DNA of 35,490 bases from positions 1 to 35,490 of IMG/VR virus record IMGVR_UViG_3300028586_000746; one strand, 5' to 3'. Every line of letters begins with the position of its first letter. The stretch's first letter is position 1. Positions 27,483 through 35,490 of the stretch are shown in pieces. A program made the position numbers and the translations under genes. The notes under the pieces were generated by a model. It saw only the letters and a list, made by a program, of their open reading frames with translations, did no database searches and was not told where the DNA came from. Source of the stretch: a virus (Duplodnaviria > Caudoviricetes).

Positions 27483-27510
27483 ATAATACTGTATATAACA
27501 ACAGTATCAC
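27483..27510 (-). promoter_or_regulatory. tum promoter with LexA box
   Basis: Minus strand GTGATA-CTGTTGTTATATACAG-TATTAT; CTG-N10-CAG at 27489-27504. Confidence 0.82.
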
Positions 27511-27515
27511 GCAGA

Positions 27516-29864
27516 TTAGGAATCGTAAACATTCGTATGGTTCGGATTAGTCTGAACGCTTATTTGTTGAGCAGGCTTCGTTGTTGAGTGCCTGGCCGCC
27601 AGCGCCTGGAAACGCTCCAGCGGTGACGGTTTTAAGGGCTTGCCTCTGTATAGCTGACCACGGCTGCCGCTCCAGTACGTTTGCCCTCCAATTTTGACAC
27701 CATGCCCACGCATCATGCGTGTTACTTCTCCGGCTGAAAGCCGCATACGTGAGATATCAAAGACAGTAGTTTGTAAGTTCTCCCCTGCTTCGTTGATTGT
27801 GGGCGGGCTCGTTGCTTTTTTATGAGTTGCGGGCTCTTTACTACGTATTCGCGACAGTAGTTTTCGCCGCTCTTTACGTGGTTGCGCCTTTGAAAAGTCG
27901 AATTCTGTACCTGGCTCATCGGCGGGCTTACCTGCTCCCGTACAGTTATTGACAGAACTCCAAGGGGACGCGGACGCGTCCCGAAGTTCAACACCCAAAT
28001 CAACGGCACGCTTCGGCACAATCTTCCACTGTGCGAGGCGGGTTAAAATCGGGGTATCTTCACCAACAGACGTGGCATAAACGCCCTTGATGCGCACAGT
28101 CTCCTCGCCGTACTCGTTGCAGTCTTCGCTTGCCTGATACCAGGTGCGCACGGCCAGCTCATCACGTTTCACGAATGGGCCACCCTGCGCGTTGACGTAT
28201 TCAGCCCACTGCCCGGCATCAGCGGCATCATGCACTGCTGCAAACTCAACACTCAGGCCATGAGCGGTTTCGCTGTCAGCCATGCGGCGCAGTTCACGAT
28301 AAACTGTTACCGGCGCACCACCGACAAACTGAAACTGGCGTATGTGCCAGCGCGCCGCCCAGGCAGAAACGGCCGGGGCGGTTTCTTTCAGCTCTTTGCC
28401 GCTTTCATCGTCCAGCTCGCCGTCGAGTGCATAGCCGTCGATGTTCTTTGAAATGTATTTAGCTACGTAACCAGTGGCGCTGCCTTTCTGCGGATCGATG
28501 GCTTCAGCGTGAAAGCGCGCTTTTCTGGCTTTGTCTGTGGTCAGCTCATGGCCATCTTTTTCAAAAGCGTAAGCCTGGATGATGCTGCGCACGCGCTGCA
28601 CATCTTCAGGGCGCATAAACATCAGCATATGCCAGTGCGGCGTGCCGTCATGGTGTGGCTCGGCAACACGAATGCCAAAGATGCGGATGTCTTCCCGGTG
28701 GAGCTTGGCGCGCACCTTCTGCCAGACGTTGCAAAGGTAACGCTGCGTTTCGGCCGGGCTGGCACCGTCCCATTTACGGTTACGGTGGCCGGTTTTGATT
28801 GTGGCGTGAAAGCGGGCTGGCGCCGTCAGCGTGTAGAACTCGCCAACAAATCCCATTTCATTGCAGATATTTTCAAAGCCACGGATGCGGGTCATCAACT
28901 CGCAGCGACGAATAGCCGGATTGGCCACGCTGCCGTCGTACTTCTCAATCAGGCTGATGCGGTTGCCATCCTCATCTTCAAGCTCCATGCCTTTGAGAAA
29001 CTCGCGGGTACGGCGCTTTTGCTCGCGCCATTCAGATACGGTCATGTTGCTGGCGTAGGGAGTATGTTTCTTGCTGACGTTGGCCAAGGCAATCTGCAGG
29101 TGTTCACGCCACGATGCAGCGACGCGGCGCAGGCGCCCTTTCCACCATTTTTCTGTCTGCATACGCATGATCGCCGGGGTGACTTCTTCCGGGTCAAAAA
29201 GACGTGATGTAACTTTATCCCACAGAGGCGGTGTCTGGTTCAGTTCGCGGGTGATGGTTGCGGCGGCCATATAAACACGGTGCGTATATTTATAATCTGA
29301 CTCATCGCTGGCCTGAGCATGGACCTGCACCATTTCCGCCAGGATAAAATTAGCAATATCGCCAGCCAGCAGATCCACATCTGCGCGAGCCATGTCAGGC
29401 AGCCGGTTATAACGCTTAATCAGCTCCCATAACATCGCTGCTGCATGAGCCGCACCTTGTGGTTTAGCCTGATTACCAGCAAGCATTGTTGCGATGCCGC
29501 GATTCATCTCATTAAGTCGGTATTGAGCGCTGACGCATTCAACTCGTGGCAATGTGCGCTCAACAAAGGTTTTTGCAAAGTACGCATTGGCACGGGCTAT
29601 GCCGTTTGTTTTTTCCAGCTCGCTGATACGCCGTTTTACATCGAGTTGCACGATCGAAGGTTGTACAGCCAGCAGCTGCTGCGCATGCGACAAAGCCGCA
29701 ATCATTTGATCGCGGCGACGCTGTTCGTCATAGGTAAGATAAGGACTGGCAATAGCTTCCCGTGGAATGTTCCACGGGTAAGCGTATTCTTGCTGGCTTT
29801 TAGTTTCAGATTTAGAGTGTCCTCTCTTATCATTTGAGAGAATGGACGATGCCTCAGAAACCAT
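27516..29864 (-). CDS. A: Rolling-circle replication initiator A (HUH endonuclease)
   Basis: FYTLTAPARFH, EPHHDGTPHWHML, GYVAKYISKNIDG. Confidence 0.95.
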   Translation of the reverse strand: MVSEASSILSNDKRGHSKSETKSQQEYAYPWNIPREAIASPYLTYDEQRRRDQMIAALSHAQQLLAVQPSIVQLDVKRRISELEKTNGIARANAYFAKTFVERTLPRVECVSAQYRLNEMNRGIATMLAGNQAKPQGAAHAAAMLWELIKRYNRLPDMARADVDLLAGDIANFILAEMVQVHAQASDESDYKYTHRVYMAAATITRELNQTPPLWDKVTSRLFDPEEVTPAIMRMQTEKWWKGRLRRVAASWREHLQIALANVSKKHTPYASNMTVSEWREQKRRTREFLKGMELEDEDGNRISLIEKYDGSVANPAIRRCELMTRIRGFENICNEMGFVGEFYTLTAPARFHATIKTGHRNRKWDGASPAETQRYLCNVWQKVRAKLHREDIRIFGIRVAEPHHDGTPHWHMLMFMRPEDVQRVRSIIQAYAFEKDGHELTTDKARKARFHAEAIDPQKGSATGYVAKYISKNIDGYALDGELDDESGKELKETAPAVSAWAARWHIRQFQFVGGAPVTVYRELRRMADSETAHGLSVEFAAVHDAADAGQWAEYVNAQGGPFVKRDELAVRTWYQASEDCNEYGEETVRIKGVYATSVGEDTPILTRLAQWKIVPKRAVDLGVELRDASASPWSSVNNCTGAGKPADEPGTEFDFSKAQPRKERRKLLSRIRSKEPATHKKATSPPTINEAGENLQTTVFDISRMRLSAGEVTRMMRGHGVKIGGQTYWSGSRGQLYRGKPLKPSPLERFQALAARHSTTKPAQQISVQTNPNHTNVYDS
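27942..27969 (-). other. Replication origin inside A (predicted nick between 27961 and 27960)
   Basis: GTCCCCTTG/GAGTTCTGTCAATAACTGT resembles P2 ori GCGCCTCG/GAGTCCTGTCAATAAC. Confidence 0.75.
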
Positions 29865-30439
29865 TTACAGACCGCCTTCACTACACGGATCGTATGCATT
29901 TCCCGCTCGACGCGTCTTCACTTCCAAACGCTGCAAAACTTTTATCAGCGACCGACATGTGTGCCGCTTGTGACGCGTTTTTGAATCAGACGCAAAATTA
30001 CGAAGTTGAGCGCTGGCTTCCCGAAAAATCCTGTCGAAATGAGCTTGCTCGTCGTGTGCAATGGAATACCGAAGCAACGTGGCCACATCGCGAAGAGTGG
30101 TTAAAAGTAGTGCTGACCTCATTGAAAAACGTAAGCCAACAATATGAGAACACCCGAGTACGCGGATTCCTTCAGTGGGAGACAGTGGAATCTCTAGAGT
30201 CAGATATTCATATAGCGGTTCAGGCAACAAAGAAGACTGTTGCGTTTTTCCGTAGCGGGGAGAGGCAATTTCTTCCAATGCCGACAGAACTTTTTCTTGT
30301 TCCTGGGCATTTTGGCGAGTTTCTGGCTTCGCTCGTAGCGGGCAATGTTTATCCTCTTTGGTTTGGCCGAGTTGATACGGCTGATACGCCAGGGTGTCGA
30401 GATGGGCAGTATCCGTTATATTCCCCTCGAACAATTTAA
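29849..30439 (+). CDS. Hypothetical antisense ORF (up to 196 aa from ATG 29849)
   Basis: Long open frame with upstream TTCAGA-17bp-TATCAT promoter-like sequence; competes with the minus-strand ORF. Confidence 0.4.
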   Translation: MPQKPFTDRLHYTDRMHFPLDASSLPNAAKLLSATDMCAACDAFLNQTQNYEVERWLPEKSCRNELARRVQWNTEATWPHREEWLKVVLTSLKNVSQQYENTRVRGFLQWETVESLESDIHIAVQATKKTVAFFRSGERQFLPMPTELFLVPGHFGEFLASLVAGNVYPLWFGRVDTADTPGCRDGQYPLYSPRTI

Positions 30440-30476
30440 TTACGGTGTTGGCAGGGCTGTTTGCTGCAAAATTCAT
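29865..30476 (-). CDS. Hypothetical protein, 203 aa, in the early operon
   Basis: Starts 2 nt after the TraR-like stop and its TAA abuts the ATG of A; no motif recognised. Confidence 0.5.
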   Translation of the reverse strand: MNFAANSPANTVIKLFEGNITDTAHLDTLAYQPYQLGQTKEDKHCPLRAKPETRQNAQEQEKVLSALEEIASPRYGKTQQSSLLPEPLYEYLTLEIPLSPTEGIRVLGCSHIVGLRFSMRSALLLTTLRDVATLLRYSIAHDEQAHFDRIFREASAQLRNFASDSKTRHKRHTCRSLIKVLQRLEVKTRRAGNAYDPCSEGGL

Positions 30477-30478
30477 AA

Positions 30479-30700
30479 TTAATGACCTTTGAAGTGAGTA
30501 GCTTTGAGTTCAAATATTTGCTGGCAGCTGACGCAGCGAGTAACACCATAAATAGCCCGGCGCCGCGCTTCTGGTATTGGCGTGTCGCACTCTTCACAAA
30601 AGGAAGCGCTGACCGCCACCGGACGATGAATGATTTGCGCAATGCTACGGGCAAGCACTTCTTCACTGCGTTGTTGCGCCATGTCGATTGCGTCAGCCAT
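30479..30700 (-). CDS. TraR/DksA C4 zinc-finger protein (P2 Orf82-like)
   Basis: MADAIDMAQ (DxxDxA), CEECDTPIPEARR...CVSCQ. Confidence 0.9.
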   Translation of the reverse strand: MADAIDMAQQRSEEVLARSIAQIIHRPVAVSASFCEECDTPIPEARRRAIYGVTRCVSCQQIFELKATHFKGH

Positions 30701-30927
30701 TAGTGCAGCTCCCTTGATTCATTTTCGTAACGCTCTGCTTCGCGGCGAATCAGTTCGGCGGCTTCAATGCCGTTTAACCCTTGCTGATGAACATGCACAG
30801 CCAACTCTGCCAGGCGTGCAGATACAACCAATGCACGATCTCTGCGTTCTTCACTGCGGGCTTTATTCAGCATTGCGGTCATTGCTTCCACATCAGCGGT
30901 GTAATAATGGGTTTCGATATTTCGCAT
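30700..30927 (-). CDS. P2-like early protein (DUF2732-like)
   Basis: LNKARSEER...RLAELA...EAAELIRREA pattern; GGAGAG RBS; synteny. Confidence 0.75.
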   Translation of the reverse strand: MRNIETHYYTADVEAMTAMLNKARSEERRDRALVVSARLAELAVHVHQQGLNGIEAAELIRREAERYENESRELH

Positions 30928-30996
30928 TTAACTCTCTCCAGTTTTAGGCAAAACAATGCCCGACGGGTTTACGTCAATTATTTCGATACGGGCTAT

Positions 30997-31380
30997 TTAA
31001 TCAGGCAGAAAACAATCCGCAGTTGAGAACCGATGCGGCAGGATATTTCCCCAGCGCACTATTTTATTCATGGCAATGATGATTAACTCTCGGCGCTTTT
31101 CATCAAAATACTCGAACGGCCGGCCAATCTCGTCTTGCTTAAAAGTACCCGGCTGTTCTCGGTTTGCCAGTGTCAAAACACAGAATTTAAACTCGTCATT
31201 CTGGCGATTAAAATATCTCAGAGCCGGATTGCTGTTGTTGTCTCGCATATGTCGCCAGCTTTTCCGAAACTCATCAAAAGTCATCCTTTCAACTTTATCT
31301 ACACGGGCATGTACCAGACGAATTTCGGTAAAAGATGCCGGTGCGTTCTTACCTGTCAGTGCGAGAGCGGCGTTTGCCAT
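30997..31380 (-). CDS. P2-like early protein (DUF5347/gpB-related, tentative)
   Basis: GGGGG RBS, synteny between fil and DUF2732; FEYFDEKRRELIIIAMN segment. Confidence 0.55.
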   Translation of the reverse strand: MANAALALTGKNAPASFTEIRLVHARVDKVERMTFDEFRKSWRHMRDNNSNPALRYFNRQNDEFKFCVLTLANREQPGTFKQDEIGRPFEYFDEKRRELIIIAMNKIVRWGNILPHRFSTADCFLPD

Positions 31381-31382
31381 AT

Positions 31383-31568
31383 TTAACCCCCGATAAAACA
31401 TTTGATGCGCTGTAATACGCTTTGGCGCCTGGTGGACAGTTCACGCAACAACTGCTGCTGATCGTTGCAAGGGTGCCAACGCTTACATGATTTAGTGGCT
31501 ATCCAGCCATGTCCGAAAGGTGGCGACTGATTCTGGCGCTTGAGCAAAGGCGCAATTGAAAAGGACAT
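31383..31568 (-). CDS. fil: Fil-like (DUF2724) small early protein
   Basis: SIAPLLKRQ...GHGWI...KRWHP motif right after cII. Confidence 0.7.
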   Translation of the reverse strand: MSFSIAPLLKRQNQSPPFGHGWIATKSCKRWHPCNDQQQLLRELSTRRQSVLQRIKCFIGG

Positions 31569-31575
31569 AACCACC

Positions 31576-32085
31576 TCAGCTCAGACCGATTGATGCGCCG
31601 AGCCCGCTGATAGCATCAACCGTCGATGCCATAGTGGGATTTGCCTGGATACGGGCCTGTACAGCCAGAGCAGCTAATGTCAGGCAACGAATACCTGTAT
31701 TCACGTTTTGCAGCAAACCGCGTTTGCAGCTCGCAGTCATACGCTCAGTAGATATTGCACCGGCAGCAAGCTGACCGATCTCAGACGTAGCTTTCATGAC
31801 GTAAACGGGAAGGCTTTCAGTGGCCAGCTCATTTACAGCGACTGCTGGCAGGCAGTTAAGCTGCGAAAGCGCGCCATCCATCAGCGACATGTCCTCAGTA
31901 ATGGCAATTAGCGATAGCATCTCTTTAACGGTCAGTTCGTGGAACTGTTCCGGGTTGAGTTTATTGCGCAGCGTCTGCGGTTTAATCCCTGCCCTTTCTG
32001 CCAGCTTTGCCAGGTTGTGTCGGTTAGCAAAATCACGGCATGCATTATCGAAATGCGGATGTGAAGAAAGCTCAAAATCAAACAT
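31576..32085 (-). CDS. cII: 186-type CII lysogeny establishment activator
   Basis: MFDF...HPHFDNAC, QTLRNKLNPEQFHELT; 169 aa. Confidence 0.9.
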   Translation of the reverse strand: MFDFELSSHPHFDNACRDFANRHNLAKLAERAGIKPQTLRNKLNPEQFHELTVKEMLSLIAITEDMSLMDGALSQLNCLPAVAVNELATESLPVYVMKATSEIGQLAAGAISTERMTASCKRGLLQNVNTGIRCLTLAALAVQARIQANPTMASTVDAISGLGASIGLS

Positions 32086-32116
32086 GCTGGAATCCTTTCA
32101 AACTTGCAAAATCAAA

Positions 32117-32518
32117 TTAGGGTTTGATGTAGCGACATTTAAGTGCCTGTTGACGGTTTTTTTCACGCCATGCAGCCACGTTGATAAGGGGATTTCCATG
32201 TTTGGTCATGGTGGTTTCTACAATCTCGCCCGTCTTCTTGTTCTTGCGAGCTTGGGTATAGGTAACAGAGGGTGTTGGTGCCAGAAGGACAACGCCATTG
32301 GCAATCCATTTTTCCAGTACGGACATGCTGATACAGTTGGCCGAGGCGAAATCCTGCTTTGACATGGTGGGTGACGTAGAAAGAGATACAGCTTTCTCTA
32401 CTGCCTCGTTTACCGCTTCACTTAGCGCAGGCATCAGAATAGCCGCTACGCTGGCAATGAAATCTTTGGATTGCACCAAGTCAAATGCGTTCTGGCTGTT
32501 TGCATTTTCAGTATGCAT
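32117..32518 (-). CDS. Cox/Apl-like excisionase-repressor with N-terminal extension
   Basis: First gene of the lytic early operon divergent from cI; winged HTH MSKQDFASANCISMSVLEKWIANG...PLINVAAW. Confidence 0.7.
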   Translation of the reverse strand: MHTENANSQNAFDLVQSKDFIASVAAILMPALSEAVNEAVEKAVSLSTSPTMSKQDFASANCISMSVLEKWIANGVVLLAPTPSVTYTQARKNKKTGEIVETTMTKHGNPLINVAAWREKNRQQALKCRYIKP

Positions 32519-32632
32519 AACGCAATATCTCCTTTTGAGTCGTTGTGTTCTATCGTGTTACATGTGGTGTGCAAACACTTTAGATCGTAAATACGATTCA
32601 GTAAATGATTATTTATCACTTATTGGTGTTTT

Positions 32633-33475
32633 ATGATTCCAGAGAAGGGCAATAGCGCTCAGATTCTCGAAAGGCTTATGTCTTCGTATGGCGTTAACAC
32701 TCAGAAAGAGCTTGCGGTAGCTCTTGATATACCAGCGAACAACATCAGCGGCTGGACTCAGCGAGATAGCGTGCCTGGTAATGCCATTATCAAATGCGCA
32801 TTAGATACAGGCGCTGATCTTCAGTGGCTGATGACAGGTGATCTTGCAAAAGCAAATTTCATTGCTGCACCTTCAGTACGTAAGGGCGCCGCCCTTTATA
32901 AAGAAATCATGTCAAATGGTGGGAAGCCCGTCCTGCGTCGCATCATGGATGCATATGGTTTCACCTTGCAAAAGCAACTTTGTGATTTATTGAATATTTC
33001 TTCTGGCACTGTGAGCACCTGGATTCGGCGGAATTATTTTCCTGGTGACGTAGTCGTCACTTGCGCACTTGATACGGGCGCATCTTTGGCATGGCTTGCA
33101 ACTGGCAAAGGAAGTGAGGAAGCGTTTAATTTTTCAGAAAATAAATTGACTAAAATACCTAAAAAGATTTTAAACGCTGGTTCGTTAGAGGATTGCGGCG
33201 ATTGGTTTTCAGACCTATCTTTTCTTTCTAAAAACCCCATTAGGCCGATATTTGTTGTTGGTAGTCTTAACTCATGGTTAGTAGATACTGCAGTGACAAG
33301 TATCAGCAATGGCCGATGGTTATTAACCATTGACGGTAAATACGATATTTATGATGTATCTTTACTGCCGAAAAGAACCATGACAGTTACAAATAAATTA
33401 GCCAACTTTACTTGTAGCAGCGAGGACATAATTACTATCGGCAAATCAATATTGACATTTAGTTATGATTTCTAA
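32633..33475 (+). CDS. cI: 186-type CI immunity repressor with two tandem HTH domains
   Basis: Two copies of the CI N-domain, each ending CALDTGAxLxWLxTG, plus a C-terminal beta domain (NGRWLLTIDG). Confidence 0.88.
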   Translation: MIPEKGNSAQILERLMSSYGVNTQKELAVALDIPANNISGWTQRDSVPGNAIIKCALDTGADLQWLMTGDLAKANFIAAPSVRKGAALYKEIMSNGGKPVLRRIMDAYGFTLQKQLCDLLNISSGTVSTWIRRNYFPGDVVVTCALDTGASLAWLATGKGSEEAFNFSENKLTKIPKKILNAGSLEDCGDWFSDLSFLSKNPIRPIFVVGSLNSWLVDTAVTSISNGRWLLTIDGKYDIYDVSLLPKRTMTVTNKLANFTCSSEDIITIGKSILTFSYDF

Positions 33476-33489
33476 TTTATGCTATATAA

Positions 33490-33508
33490 CAAGGGGCCAT
33501 GCCCCTTG
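33490..33508. terminator. Hairpin between convergent cI and DUF262 genes
   Basis: CAAGGGGC-CAT-GCCCCTTG. Confidence 0.6.
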
Positions 33509-33510
33509 CT

Positions 33511-35490
33511 CTATATATTTAAGCCAATTAACTCAAGATAAAACAATTTACTCTTATCCTTATCTTTTAATATATGAGGTGGACACAGTCCGAGATCCCA
33601 CCGTCTATCCATATATGAAAGTAACTTAACACTCCTTTCTTTTATTTCGTTTGGACCCCATTCTAAAAACTCAGTTATTTCGTTTTCAGAAAAGCATCCA
33701 TATCTAAACCCTCGACTAATTTTTTCTTTAAATATCCTATTTGATAAAGATGAGTTTTTTCTAGTCGAAAGCGGCACTAAATTACCCAAAGCATGCCTAA
33801 ACTGTCTTTTTTCCCGAGTGTTATATTTTATAAACTTCTCAGTCCAATATGGATGACGAGCTCTTTGTGGGTAGATATGTTCGATCGTGATGTAATCTGA
33901 ATCTTTTTCTTTTTTACGGAAAATATCCCAATCAAGTTTTTCTCTTTGTGTTTTCGATTGAGATTGAAGATGATACTCATAATCATATAAAAAATATCTA
34001 ATTCCTTTCCAACTGTAAAAATCCGCATCTTTAAATTTTGTTTGAAAACTTAGAGCGATTGACTTTTGCAATTTATCAACACCATTTTTGAGATCGGTTA
34101 TAACCTCATCAATGCTATTGTTTACTTTGAGTTTTAACGCTAAATTTGAATAATTTACTCTTCCGAAATAATAGGGATCAGAAAGGAAAGTACCGATGAA
34201 TAACCCCCTTTCGATGGAAGCTATTAAAGTAGTAGTCTTACTCTTTTCGACTGGACGGTTTAACATCTCGAGAAGAAGTAACCTAGTATTTTTCCAAGTA
34301 GGAATTTTATTACATCTTGCAATCCATTCTTTTATATCATCAGGGTAGTTGCTTTCATATGGATTATGGATGTTATACCATGTCTGAACAGATTGCTTTA
34401 AACTACTAACATAATTTGCAATAAATTCCGCAGTGACTTCTCTAGTTCTAGATTTATCATTTATCGGTTTAGATGAAAATATATCGTCTATCAGTGCCCT
34501 TTTATGATCATGACTTGAATGAAAAGGTACAAGATCTATTACCAGTTCGCCATCAAAATATATATCTTCCTCTTCTGCTTCATTCTTTAACTCTCTAAAA
34601 TAGAGGTTGTAATGATGGTACAAAAATTCATCATCGTCCAAACGAACTTTCATCCCTTTCCCAAGAAAATGGTACATGGATTTCCAACACTCGTTAATAG
34701 AATGTCTCAATGAGTCTGGATAGAAATCTTCTGTAGGTAACTTTGTTGTAAGGTATATAAGTCTATTTTTTAACAATTCTAAATGTGATAAAACTTTACC
34801 TCTGTTATTCATAGTCTCAAATGCAACAAATGTGTCAATTTCGTCGTCTAGAGAGTATATATTAAAAAGAAAGTGTTGGGTTATTTTAGTGTAAACCTCT
34901 TCCACCTGACTTAATGAGAAATCTTTCATCTGGTCTAGGAAATAATCTTTTGCATTGCTCAAGTTTTGAGTATAAATCGTATTTTCAATTTCTCCTGAAG
35001 CTACTGATGGCTCACCAAATATAACTCTTTTTAGATATTCATAGCTTGGGTTATCTTTGTCATAGCCAAATAAATATGAGCGGGAAGCGTCAGCTGTTTT
35101 TCTTTCATATATGAATTTTTTTCTTATATCTTTTAAATCAGTGTAGTTTAATTGTATTTCGTCCCCCAGAGATTGGCATTTTTCAAGAATTGACTGAAGT
35201 AGAATTATTACAGTTGTGATACGTTGTTGCCCATCAACCACAAAATGAGGTGAGTAATGCCTTGATTTGATAATCCACTCATCCTCAACCCAAGACTCTA
35301 TGCTTTTACTAGGAACATCTTCAAGAGTCAAAACTCCTAAATAATGACTTTTACCTATCTCCAAATGCTGCAGGTCACTCCAAAATTCAGAGACTTCTTT
35401 TGTAGTCCATGCATAACCCCTCTGATAATCAGGGATTCTCAATAATCTCTCAGTAAATATTTTAGATAGTGAAGTTAAATTAGATTCCAA
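33511..35490 (-). CDS. DUF262 + DUF1524/HNH protein (GmrSD/SspE/BrxU-like), start at or beyond the window edge
   Basis: IPDYQRGYAW, VVDGQQRITT, FETMNNRG (DUF262); TIEHIYPQ...LGNLVPL...NSSLSN (HNH). Confidence 0.88.
   Translation of the reverse strand: MESNLTSLSKIFTERLLRIPDYQRGYAWTTKEVSEFWSDLQHLEIGKSHYLGVLTLEDVPSKSIESWVEDEWIIKSRHYSPHFVVDGQQRITTVIILLQSILEKCQSLGDEIQLNYTDLKDIRKKFIYERKTADASRSYLFGYDKDNPSYEYLKRVIFGEPSVASGEIENTIYTQNLSNAKDYFLDQMKDFSLSQVEEVYTKITQHFLFNIYSLDDEIDTFVAFETMNNRGKVLSHLELLKNRLIYLTTKLPTEDFYPDSLRHSINECWKSMYHFLGKGMKVRLDDDEFLYHHYNLYFRELKNEAEEEDIYFDGELVIDLVPFHSSHDHKRALIDDIFSSKPINDKSRTREVTAEFIANYVSSLKQSVQTWYNIHNPYESNYPDDIKEWIARCNKIPTWKNTRLLLLEMLNRPVEKSKTTTLIASIERGLFIGTFLSDPYYFGRVNYSNLALKLKVNNSIDEVITDLKNGVDKLQKSIALSFQTKFKDADFYSWKGIRYFLYDYEYHLQSQSKTQREKLDWDIFRKKEKDSDYITIEHIYPQRARHPYWTEKFIKYNTREKRQFRHALGNLVPLSTRKNSSLSNRIFKEKISRGFRYGCFSENEITEFLEWGPNEIKERSVKLLSYMDRRWDLGLCPPHILKDKDKSKLFYLELIGLNI

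Larger units (their letters stand above)
1043..35490. mobile_element. P2/186-like temperate prophage, right end beyond the window
   Basis: Full P2-type structural gene set, cos, A/ori, 186-type cI-cox-cII-tum and a tyrosine integrase. Confidence 0.95.

Noticed and set aside
1-35490. CRISPR arrays, tRNA, rRNA, IS elements
   Set aside because: No repeat-spacer periodicity, cloverleaf, rRNA-like or transposase sequence seen by eye

Overview
Host DNA occupies roughly 1-1066: the pphA serine/threonine phosphatase gene and the SdsR/RyeB small RNA of an enterobacterium. The rest is an apparently intact P2/186-like (Peduoviridae) prophage integrated in the 3' end of sdsR. It runs to the window end, and the second att site is not in the window. 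Tail, baseplate, lysis, head/packaging, cos, rolling-circle replication (A, ori) and 186-type switch genes (cII, cox/apl, cI, tum) are recognisable. Main points of interest: (1) two unrelated AT-rich cargo operons, each built around a RelA/SpoT-type small alarmone synthetase (SAS) domain with recognisable catalytic motifs and no hydrolase. One is ParA-type ATPase + SAS (13634-15423). The other is 2TM SLATT-like + NdpA/YejK-like + SAS (24265-26814), in the P2 portal-cos cargo hotspot. Both are candidate undescribed anti-phage or toxin-antitoxin systems. (2) A GmrSD-like DUF262-HNH gene sits next to cI. (3) The integrase lies downstream of ogr under its own recA-like LexA-box promoter, whose box is nearly identical to the tum box. 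(4) A roughly 200-codon out-of-register antisense ORF pair lies upstream of A. (5) A lone hix-like invertase site lies in a short tail fibre gene. All family calls come from motif recognition by eye; no searches were run.
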